In this document: piece after piece, positions 30,560 to 61,202 of the stretch | How the letters are laid out: each line of letters begins with the position of its first letter | How positions within the stretch are numbered: position 1 is the first letter of the stretch | From: the human T2T-CHM13v2.0 reference genome, Homo sapiens | Reading direction: 5' to 3' (one strand) | DNA: 64,000 bases | Assembly: GCF_009914755.1 (NCBI RefSeq) | Contig: NC_060931.1 | The notes under the pieces: generated by a model | What the model was told of the DNA's origin: nothing | The model's input: the letters and a program-made list of their open reading frames with translations, nothing else | Database searches by the model: none | Translations under genes and position numbers: made by a program

Positions 30560-32330
30560 CCCGGGCTGGGTGGATAGTTGTTATCGGGAGCTCCCAGGCC
30601 CGCGCGGCTCACGTGGGCCGCAGCTCGCGGCGCCTCCCGCGTCCCAGGGCCGCGAGGCGCTCCGGGAGATAAGCCAGGCCCCGTGCGAGTCCAGCGCGGA
30701 CCCGGCCGGCCCCCAGCCCGCCCCTCACCGGCCCCCACCCCGCCCCTCGGCCGGCCCGGCCCACTTGGCCCGAGTTCCTCTCCATAAAAGGCGAGGTTTG
30801 GGAGCGCCCGGGGAGGGGGCGTTGGGTCCACGGGCCGCCCCCGCCCACCGTGTTCCCCTCCCTCACTGCGAGCCCTCGCCGGCCCGGGGGTGCAGCCCAG
30901 CCCCCCTGCCGCGACCCCCACGCCGGGCCCGTAGACCACGACCCTGACCCCAGTCCCCACTCCGGATCGGGCCCACAGCACCCCCCGCCGGTCCCCGCGA
31001 GTCCCGCGCTCTGTCCCCATTTTGCGATTGAAGAAATTGAGGCCCGCAGCGTGCGTAGCCCGGCTGGGGCCACGGGGTTGGGGACTGAACGGCCGGAAAC
31101 GCCACACGTGCCTCCAGGTGGCAAGCCAGCTCCTCATAGACGCACACGAACCCTTCTGCAAGTGGGGTGCATGTGTATATTTACACCTATAGGGATTGGG
31201 GGCCTCAGGGATGGGGGGCCCTCCCCCGCACTTAGACTAGAATCCCCCCTCCCCGCAGCGCTGCCACTTAGCTCTTACGTGACCCTGGGCACACGATACT
31301 TTTACTCACAGCCTCAGTTTCCCTGTCTGTTAAATGGGGGGAGGTTTGCATCTGCCGGGTTTGCACAACGGGTTGTGCAAAGTACAACACCCAGCCAAGG
31401 GTCAGTGCAGGGGAACAGGAGGAATGGGGCAAGGGCGGGGCCCGGCGCACCCCCAGCCCCCGCCCTGCCGCACACCCCTCTCAGAAGAACCTGCATTTAG
31501 GGTGAGACGGATCGGACCTAAGCCCGCCCCGGCGAGACTGCAGTGAGACTTAGACATAAGGCACACCATCAAGCAAACACCGGGTGCTCCATAAATGCAG
31601 CTGCGCCCTCCCGCCCCACCCCACTGGGGAGCGTGAGTCAGCTCGGTCCAGGCGAGGCTGGGAAGCCGAGCCTTGGCTCTCATGTGGCTCCACCCGCCTG
31701 GCTCTGGGGCCGGGGCAGGTCTCGCCTCTCTCTGGGCCTCAGTTTCCCCTCTGCCTGCTGCAGGCCAGGGCCGGGCCTGACCCCCTAGGGGGAGGAGGGC
31801 GGCGAGGAGCCGGGCAGCGGGGAGCCCGGGGGTCCCTCGGGGGAGCGCGCCCCCTCCCGCCCCCGGCCCGCGGCCCCTGTGGCTCAGAGGCAGGGTGGGC
31901 CCTGAGCCGGCCACGTCCGCGGCCCACGAGTCCGCCATAAAAGGCAAACGGCGCGGGTCGCTCTGCCAAACTTAGTCATCCGGCCCGCCGGCAGCCGCAG
32001 CGACTTCCTCCGCGGGCTTCCCGTTTTCGGAGCGGGGCCCGGAGGGGGTCCGAGGTGTGGCCGCGACTTTCGAAATGCCCGGCTGCTTCTCCGAAGGGGC
32101 GGCGGAGGGGGCGCCCTCGGAGCCATGGGGGGAAGGGGGTATCGGCCGGGTGGGGGAGGGGATCTCCCCCGCCCTGCCCCGCCCTCCGGAATGATCCCGC
32201 GGCTCCTTAACCCCTGAGCTGCCGGGAGCGGGGGAAGGGGCTGGGCTCCGGCCGGGGTCGGGGCGTCCCTGGGTCCAGCAGGGAGTGGCCTCCCGGAAGA
32301 CGCCGGCGAGGGAGGCCCAAGTGCCTGCTC
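30560..32330. promoter_or_regulatory. Distal CpG island/enhancer with two perfect CArG boxes (30782-30791, 31935-31944) and AP-1 (31634-31640)
   Basis: CpG-rich and Alu-free; CCATAAAAGG twice; TGAGTCA; GC boxes. Confidence 0.8.
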
Positions 32331-32978
32331 CGAGAAATCTCAGCGAGGCCTCCTTGGGAGAAAAGTGCAAGGCGGTGACGTCCAGTCTGTAAAATGTGAA
32401 AAACGCCCAGGCCGAAACCACCCAGAACCCGTTCCTGCAGGGAGGAGGGTGGGTGGGACCAACAGGGGATCAGTCACTGCGCCAAGGCAGGGACTAGGGC
32501 CATGGTGGACAACGGGGGTCTACCTCAGTGTTCCCCAGACACAGACGGGTTCCTACTGTCTGGCCCCACTTATGTGAAGTTCTAGAACAAGCCCCACATT
32601 TTCTGGTGACAGCAAACAGGTGGCATTATTTATAGATGTAGGGGCAGGTATTTATGGGAGGGGGCACAGAGAAGAGCATGAGCTGGGGGTGGAGGGGGGC
32701 ATCCACTGATTCTGAGATCCTATATTTCTTTGAGAAAACAACTGAATAAAACATAGCAAAATAATAATTGCTTCATTCGGGGTGTATTATAGTACCTTCT
32801 GTACTTTTCTGTATCTTTGAAATATTTCGGCTGGGCGCGGTGGCTCCTGCCTGTAATCCCAGCACTTTGGGAGGCCAAGGTGAGCGGATCACCTGAGGTC
32901 GAAAGTTCGAGACCACCCTGACTGACATGGAGAAACCAATTAGCCGGGCGTGGCGGCGCATGCCTGTAATCCCACCTA

Positions 32979-33086
<108 letters not shown>

Positions 33087-34419
33087 TCAAAAAAAAAAAA
33101 AAAAGATTTCACACTTTCCAAAAAAGGGAAGAAAGCGAAAGGACAAAGGCTCAGAGTTGGACATGGTGGTCAACCACTGTGACCCTCAGTTTCTTCTTCT
33201 ATACTCATGGGGCAATAATCTCTTTGGGGGTAATTAAAATGATATGCGATAATGCAGGCAAAGTGCTAAGTACGAGGCTTGGGCATAGAGTAGGTGCTCA
33301 GCAAAGGCGTCTGGTGAGGGGCTGCCCTTTCTCCCCGGGGGAAGGGGAGGACTTGCTGGGGTGAGGGTCCTGGATGGGAAGGTTCTCTGCCCACAGCTCT
33401 CTGCACCCAGCTCCTGCCTGGCCCGACCTGGCCTGGTTGGGAAGGCTTGTGTTTCTGACAAATGGGGCCAGCCAATCCCAGGCCCTGCCTGTGCTGTTCC
33501 ATCCTGTCCTGTCTTGTCCCCGGGGCCAGGGTCACTCCGGGTGAGACTCAGAGCCAGTGTACCCAACGGGACACAGGCAGGCAGGTCACCAGACCTCCGA
33601 TTCCAGGCGGCCGGATCTTCAGGCAGCCTGTCTGGGCAGTGAGGACACTGGGGTGGCAGGTGCCAGCCGGTCAGGCCTAGAGCCCTGGCCGGAGCACTGT
33701 TGCGGGATCTTAGCCCAGAGAGCCCCAGAAGGCTGTGGGCGGCCAGAGCCGGCCTGGGAGGAGGGCAGGAGAGGGTGGGGTTAGGGGAAGGACGAGAAAA
33801 GAGAAAGTAAAAGGAGAACAGCTACTTTTCCTGATGTTATTTTTGAACACCTGTGGGTATTGAGCCCTGCACCCAGGCTCTCTGAGAAAAGTCCCCCATG
33901 ACCCTGATAGGGGAATTAAGACCCCAAGGCAAGGCACAGTGGCGTGTGCCTGTAATCTCAGCACTTTGGGAGGTCAAGGCAGGAGGATTGCTTGAAGCTG
34001 GGAGTTTGAGACCAGCCTTGGTAATGTAGCAAGACCCCATCTCTACAAAAAAATTTAAAAATTAGCCAAGCATGGTGGTGCACATCTGTAGTCCCAGCTA
34101 CTAGGGAGGCTACAACAGGAGGATCACTTGAGTCCAGGAGGTCAAGGCTACAGTGAGCGGTGATTGTGCCACCGCACTTCCAACCTGGGCAACACAGTGA
34201 GACCCCGTCTCCAAAAAAAGAAAAGACTCCCAAATACAGCAAGGTCAAGCAGCTTGACCAAGGTGACCAGCTGAGAAGGGCAGTCAGGGGAAGCTGGGAC
34301 CCAGGGAGAGAAAAAGAGAGATTGACAGACACATGGCTGGGGGGACTTGCAAGCCCTCGGGAGGGGGTAGGAAGCAGCTGCCGGGAATGGGTGCCCAAAG
34401 AAGCAGGAATGAGGGGTGG

Positions 34420-34490
34420 AGGGAAGGGCCTCATTTCTGGGGAAGGCCCAGGGAAGGGCCTCATTTCTGGGGAAGGCCCAGGGAAGGGCC
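34420..34490. repeat. Perfect 30-bp tandem repeat, 2.3 copies
   Basis: AGGGAAGGGCCTCATTTCTGGGGAAGGCCC twice, then AGGGAAGGGCC. Confidence 0.92.
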
Positions 34491-34816
34491 AGGGTGCAGA
34501 GAAGCCAATGACAGCTGGAGAGTTGGGACTGCTGCCAGGACAGACTAGACGGAGACTGCTCTTGGGTGCCACCTAGTGGGAACCTTCTTTACTGTCATCC
34601 CTGGAGAGATGGACCTGTGACGTCCCCACCGGATGCCCCGCCCACCATGGGCATCCCCATCCCAATCATCCCTCACCACCCCCAGGCTCGGGTCGCGTCC
34701 CCCCAGGCTTTGATGGACAAGTGGCCATGGAAAGCATCCTCAGCTGCCCCAGGGTTCTGCCATCACCCATCCACTAAATGGTCCAGGGACCCTGGGAGGT
34801 ATTGCTTTCCCCTTTA

Positions 34817-35005
<189 letters not shown>

Positions 35006-35535
35006 TCAGGAAGCTGAGGCAGAAGAACTGCTTGAACCCAGGAGATGATGGAGGTTGCAGTGAGCCAAGATGGCACCATTGCACTCCAGCCTGGACGACA
35101 GAGCGAGACTCTGTCTCAAACAACAACAACAATAAAACACAGATGAGGAAACTGAGGTCTAGAGGGGCGGCAGCACTTGTCCAGGGTCGTGGCCGACAAG
35201 TCGCCAAGCTGGGGAGTTTCCATGGGATCCAAGCCTATCCCCAAGCAGCCCAGGGGACACAGACAGCATGCAGGCACACAATCGCACACCCTGCCCCGCC
35301 ACCCCTGAGCCTGCCGCATCGTCATTCCTGTGCAACTAGGCACCCTGAGTCTCCACATCGGGGTGGCTCTGGGGTACACAGACGAAGCAGAGAGCCGGCA
35401 CCCCATCCTGCGTCTGAGGAATCCAGCTTTCCCTGGCTGGAAGACCCGGTCATGGTAACGCCCTGTCCTGCAGGTTCCGCCTCTGCTGTGACCTCCACCC
35501 CTTACCTAAATGCAGATTTCAGATTTCCGAGGTTA

Positions 35536-36204
<669 letters not shown>

Positions 36205-36240
36205 TGAGGCACTGCACCCAGCCAGGAAACTTTGATTAAG

Positions 36241-36747
36241 GCTCCCACGCCTTGCTCAGCTCCAGCCCTGCAAAAATCTCCAGCCCTGCAGAGACTGAGC
36301 ATCGAGTCCCTGATTTCTCTTTTCCAGAAGTATGTGGGAAAGGGTGGTTATAACTGCACTCTCTCCAAGACGGAGTTCCTAAGCTTCATGAATGCAGAAC
36401 TGGCTGCCTTCACAAAGAACCAGAAGGACCCCGGGGTCCTTCACCGCATGATGAAGAAACTGGGCACCAACAATGACGGGCAGCTAGATTTCTCAGAATT
36501 TCTTAATCTGATTGGCGGCCTAGCTATGGCTTGCCATGACTCCTTCCTCAAGGCTGTCCCTTCCCAGAAGCGGACCTGAGGACCCCTTGGGCCTAGCCTT
36601 CAAACCCACCCCCTTTTCTTCCAACCTTTCTGTCATCATCTCCACAGCCCACACATCCCCTGAGCCCAGCACACCAACCACCTCATGCAGGTCCCACCTG
36701 CGGATGGTAATACAACAATGTCACTTTTTTAAAACATGAAAAAAAAA
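36241..36747 (+). pseudogene. Processed pseudogene of S100A11 (calgizzarin)
   Basis: Intronless IESLI..FQKY..LSKTEFLSFMN.ELAAFTKNQKDPGVL.RMMKKL...DGQLDFSEFLNLIGGLAMACHDSFLKAVPSQKRT*; 3' UTR and A tail at 36739-36747; start ATG lost; ~5-nt frameshifting deletion near 36300; AATAAA changed to AATACA. Confidence 0.95.
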
Positions 36748-36774
36748 TTTTTTTAAAAAGACAGGCCAGAACTA

Positions 36775-37119
<345 letters not shown>

Positions 37120-37122
37120 TCA

Positions 37123-37491
<369 letters not shown>

Positions 37492-37699
37492 TTACAATGG
37501 TAAACTTTATGTTATGTATCTTTTACTACAATTTTTTTTAACCTTGATTCTGAGAAGGGGTCCCTAAGCGTCATCAAATGCTAATCGCGTCCACGCCCCT
37601 GAAAGCTTACAGCCCTGGTACTTCCTATTGGTCCAGCCTAGCAGGAAGCTGGCAGCCATGAATTCTGGGAAATGTAGTGTGCAGCCCCCATGCCGGAGT

Positions 37700-44725
<7,026 letters not shown>

Positions 44726-45149
44726 GGATAAGAAGTGGAAAATACCAGTGCATCCTGGCTAGAACTGTCGTAAGGGCTTCTGTAACTGTGTAGAGGTGAC
44801 AGGACTTCAGGTATGTATGATGAAGGCTCCAGCTGCATATCCCTGTGACTTCCTTAGCAGTGTCTTTCCCATGGGTCAGCTTTGTCTGTATTCATAGGTG
44901 GCCACATGCCTGCTTGAGGTCCTGGTGACTCCAGGTGTTTCCTACAGAGCAGGGTTCTGCGGCAGCAGTTCCAAGCAACAGCCCTGAGATCGCTGCTGAT
45001 GGGGCAATTCAGGTTCACATGCCCATCCCTAGAGCGATGACTGCGTGGGAAGAGGGTGGCCCCCTAGGCACCAGAATGAAGATCTCAGCTGTCCTGAAAT
45101 GTGTGGCAGTGCACAGCGTGGGGGGGAAAGAGAGATTTACAAGGAAATC

Positions 45150-46030
45150 CCTAGGCAGTCAGAGAGGGCTTGGTAGAGGATGTGGCTCGGGGCGGGGGTT
45201 GGAGGGGCGGGCGCTGTCGGGCGCAGCGGAAGACACAGGGAGGGTGGCAGGAGCATGGGATGTGGGTGTGGCAGGAGACCTTAGGGAAGGGAGCCTGCAC
45301 CCAGGGATTTCGCAGACTCTCCAGGAAGCCATCGGGATCTAGGCCAGAAACCTCTGCATCCCCCATCCCCCATCCCCCACCCCAGAGCTCCTGCTGAGCG
45401 CCCCTCTGCCTTTGCCAGCAGGAAACCAGTGGAGGGGCGGTGAGGGCTGTGATCCAGATTCACCGGAGAGGGAAACAACCGGGAGGGGTCGGCAGGCAGG
45501 GCGTGGCCAAGGGTGTGCGCTCTTCAAGGCCTCGTGAACCCCAGGGCGCCCCCTCTCCAGCTGCGCCCACAATTGGGGGCTGACCTCCACTGCAGGACCC
45601 CAGGCCTTGCTCCCCCGGGACGCCTCTCTCGGGTGTCCCACCGCACCACTGAGGCCGCGCACGACCCTCAGCCACCGCAGCCCGCTTGAGCCCAGCTGCC
45701 CATCTCTTGCCAGCACCGCCTACTCCCCGCCCGCCACCCCACCATTGGCTTCCCAGAGCAAAGACCTCCTATGATTGGTCCATTTCCGCGAGGCCACGCC
45801 TCCTGGTCGGCACAAAGAGCCGGACCAGCACAGCCCGCCCCAACTCCGCGTGCTCCTAGCCCCTGGAGGCGCGGATGAGCCGCGGCCGCCACGGGGGGGT
45901 CGTAGTAGTGACTGCGACCATGGTGGCTGTGAGCACCGAACTCGAGCACTTGAGGAAGGCGCTGGCTTAGGGCCTGTCGCGCTGCCATAGCCTCGGATCC
46001 CACCTGAGAGGGGAAAATTCGGAGCCTGTC
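45150..46030. promoter_or_regulatory. Orphan CpG-rich promoter-like element
   Basis: CpG-rich; GC boxes; two ATTGG (CCAAT) boxes at 45744 and 45774. Confidence 0.62.
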
Positions 46031-46283
46031 TACCCAGCCCCCAGCCCCGGGGCTCTAATCCCTCCCAGGGACTGACCCCCGCCCCCTTGTTCCCAGACCT
46101 TCCCTATTTTCTCTCCCTGCCCAGGGGAGGGGGATGGTGGACTTATTAGGTAACGGAACTGTTACAGTTAAGAAAACTGTAGCTCAGAGAGGGTAAACTA
46201 CCCCGAGTCATACAGCAGTCGGGGGGAGCCCAGAAATAATACTGAGGGATGGGAAGGAAAGGGAGAAGCTGTGGCTGGTGTAA

Positions 46284-53670
<7,387 letters not shown>

Positions 53671-53673
53671 CAA

Positions 53674-54658
<985 letters not shown>

Positions 54659-55563
54659 TAGTAGAGATGGGGCTTCGCCATGTTGGCCAGGCTGGTCTCG
54701 AACTCCTGGCCTCAAGTGATCTGCCTTGGCCGCCCATAGTGCCGGGATTACAGGCGTGAGCCACCATGCCCAGCCAAAAATGAAATTTTCTGTGCCCATA
54801 TTCCAGCCGAGGAAGCCCAAGTTCCCACCGGGAGCGTCTACACGTGCAGCCGCTGTTATCTGTACCCAGGTAACATCCTCCAGCTCTTGGGGAGATCCAG
54901 CTGACCTCCAGTGTCCCCGTGCCCACACACGTGGCCAGGAGCAGCTGTCAACAAATGGCTCTTGGGTTGAGGCAGGAGTCCTCCAGATCCTTTGGCCCTA
55001 GCATGGGCTGACTGGGAGGCACGGCACCTGGAGTCTCCCACATGTCCCTGGCGGAATGAACGTTCAGTGGGATTCCTCATGGTAACTGGCTTGATAATGC
55101 ACCCTCTGGGATCTGTCCCTTCCCTGTCCTATGTCCCTGTCCTCTACCTGAACCTTTTGTGTGGAATGGCACCTCAGGCCCGGCCTCTGGGGGATGAAGA
55201 TGGTGTTAACTGCATTCAAAGCCTCCCTCTTGTCACCCACGATACACTTTCTGCCCTGGCAGGGGGACAGGAGGTTCCTTGACGGCTAGTCCAGGCCATG
55301 ACGGGTTGATCCTGGATTAAAATAAGTCAAGCTTCAGGCTGGTGCAGTGGCTCACGCCTGTAGTCCCAGCACTTTGGGAGGCCGAAGAAGGCAGATCACC
55401 TGAGGTCAGGAGTTCAAGACCAATCTGGGCAACATGTTGAAACCCCATCTCTACTAAAAACACAAATATGGCCGGGCGCGGTGGCTCACGCTTGTAATCC
55501 CAGCACTTTGGGAGGCCGAGGCGGGCGGATCACAAGGTCAGGAGATCGAGACCATCCTGGCTA

Positions 55564-56334
<771 letters not shown>

Positions 56335-56993
56335 TCAGAGGTCATCCCATTCAACCCCTTCACTGACTCACAGCTCAGAGAGGGCAAGAGACTTACCCAA
56401 GGGCACACAGCAAGTCGAGGGCACCAGCAAGGTCAGCACCCAGGTCTCCCGCACCTGGGCCCACGTGGTTTTCAGTCTGGAAACTGGAAATGGATATGAA
56501 GCCTTGGAAAATCCCAGCAGGGCAGGATGGGGGTGGCCCAGCTGTTTCACTATGGAAACAAAAGTCTTGTTTTCCTGGCTACTCCAGCGGGGCCGGGACG
56601 GAGGCAGATGTTTCTCTTCACCTGCCAGGAAAGTTTGGAAATTAAGCCCTCCTTGCAGGGAGGAAGGGACCCAGTGCTCTGGATTTTCAATTTAATGGGC
56701 TACCCAGGTCTTCGGAGTGCAGCCAGGGAAGCACAGAGGAAGCGCCCTGGAGAGGAAGCCAGAGATTTCCTGGAGGCGCCAGGGATGCAAGGAGTGGCCT
56801 GGAGAGGGAGTGAGGGAAAAGCAGCAGACGCCCCTAACTTCCTCCTCCTCCTTCCAACAGAAACCTGGTTTGGGGTTTTAGTGGAGACGTCTCGCCATGG
56901 CCGCCAGTGTAGACATTAATTGGTCTAATGCAGGCACCAGGTCCCCGGCTTCTTGCAGGGAGGGGCATGGTTTTAGGACAAGGCATGGCTTTA

Positions 56994-57272
<279 letters not shown>

Positions 57273-57294
57273 CTAGGCCAGGCATGGTGGCTCA

Positions 57295-57621
<327 letters not shown>

Positions 57622-58464
57622 TCACCCAGGCTGGAATGCAGTTGCAAAATCTTGGCTCACTGAAACCTCCGCCTCCTGGGTTCAAGTGATTCTTCTGCCT
57701 CAGCTGCCCAAGTAGCTGGGATTACAGGCGCCCACCACCACGCCCAGCTAATTTTTGTATTTTTTTAAGTAGAGATGGGGTTTCACCATGTTGGTCTCGA
57801 ACTCCTGATCTCAGATAATCCGCTGGCCTTGGTCTCCCAAAGTGCTGGGATTACAGGCATGAGCCACCATGCCTGGCTGAGGCAATTACTTTTTGCAGAG
57901 ACAGGGTCTTGCTATGTTGCCCAGCCTTGTCTTGAACTCCTAGACTCATTCAATCTGTCCATTTTGGCCTCCCAAAGTGCTGAGATCGACCACGACCACA
58001 CCTGGTCATAACTGGCTTTCTTTATATTCATATGCATTTTATCTTGTGCATTTAAAAACTTGATACTGTGAGAAGGTTCATAATTTCTCAAAAGTCTGTT
58101 TTAGATAGTGCTGGGGAGATGTGATGTCTGGAGCCCTGGCAGCTGCCTTGAGATTCTGAGGACCTGAGCCTGAAGGCAGAGTTCACCTGACAGGGAAGGC
58201 AGAGTGAGAAGTGGGGGAAGTTCCAGGGTCCTTTCCAGCTCTGTTACAGTGAACCAACCCTGGAAACTCCCCTCTTTGGGGCTTCTTGTTTCTTGCTATA
58301 ATGAAACATCTTGCTGGTTAGCCAGTTGAGTTAGAGTTTTCTCTTTCTTGCATTTGAAGCTACCATGACTGCAAGAGGGAGTTCCCGAAGGGGTCTGGGA
58401 ATGGCCCAGGGAAATAGGGGTGAGGTGAGACTCCACTGCCCCGACAGTGCCCATGTATGAATTA

Positions 58465-58940
<476 letters not shown>

Positions 58941-59012
58941 CTATCTGGGCATGGTGTTGCATTCCTTTAGTCCCAGCTACTTAGGAGGTTGAGGTGGAAG
59001 GATCACTTGAGT

Positions 59013-59467
59013 TAAGGGAGGAGACCACCCCTCATATTGTCTTATGCCCAATTTCTGCCTCCAAAGAAAGAAAAAGTAAAAACTAAAAGGCAGAAATGAA
59101 AACCACAGGCAGACAGCCCAGCGCCACACCCTGGGCCTCGTAGTTAAAGATCGACCCCTGATCTAATCGGTGATGTTATCTATAGACTACAGACATTGTA
59201 TAGAAATGCACTGTGAAAATCCCTATCTGGTTTTGTTCTGATCTAATTACCGGTGCATGCAGCCCCCAGTCACGTACCCCCTGCTTGCTCAATCACGACC
59301 CTCTCACGTGCACCCCCTTAGAGTTGTGAGCCCTTAAAAGGGACAGGAATTGCTCACTCGGGGAGCTTGGCTCTTGAGACAGGAGTCTTGCTGATGCCCC
59401 TGGCCAAATAAACCCCTTCCTTCTTTAACTCGGTGTCTGAGTTTTGTCTGCGGCTCATCCTGCTACA
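59013..59467 (+). mobile_element. Solo LTR2-family (HERV-E) LTR inserted into an Alu
   Basis: TAAGGGAGGAGACCACCCCTCATATTGTC...CCTGCTACA; 4-bp TSD GAGT (59009-59012, 59468-59471); AATAAA at 59407-59412. Confidence 0.88.
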
Positions 59468-59709
59468 GAGTCTAGGAGGCAGAGGTTGCAGTAAGCCAAA
59501 TTCACGCCACTGCACTCCAGCCTGGGTGACAGAGCAAGACCCCACCAAAAAAAGAAAAGAGGCCAGGCGCAGTGGCTCACGCCCAGCTAATTTTTGTACT
59601 TTTAGTAGAGACGGGGTTTCACCATGTTGGCCAGGCTGATCTCAAACTCCTGTCCTCAGGTGATCCGCCCACCTTGGCCTCCCAAAGTGCTGCGATAACA
59701 GGAGTGGAG

Positions 59710-60597
<888 letters not shown>

Positions 60598-60656
60598 CTA
60601 TTGCTCAAAAGCCACATGTGTCAAGGACAGCTCTTGTTAACGGGCAGAGAAGCTTA

Positions 60657-61202
<546 letters not shown>

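Noticed and set aside
36232-36579. 115-aa S100-like ORF as a functional gene
   Set aside because: Starts at TTG; native ATG lost; frameshift near the N-terminus; EF-hand Asp changed; intronless with an A tail
45396-45560. Reverse CTCF-like motifs
   Set aside because: Only the GGGGCGC half matches, as expected by chance in GC-rich DNA
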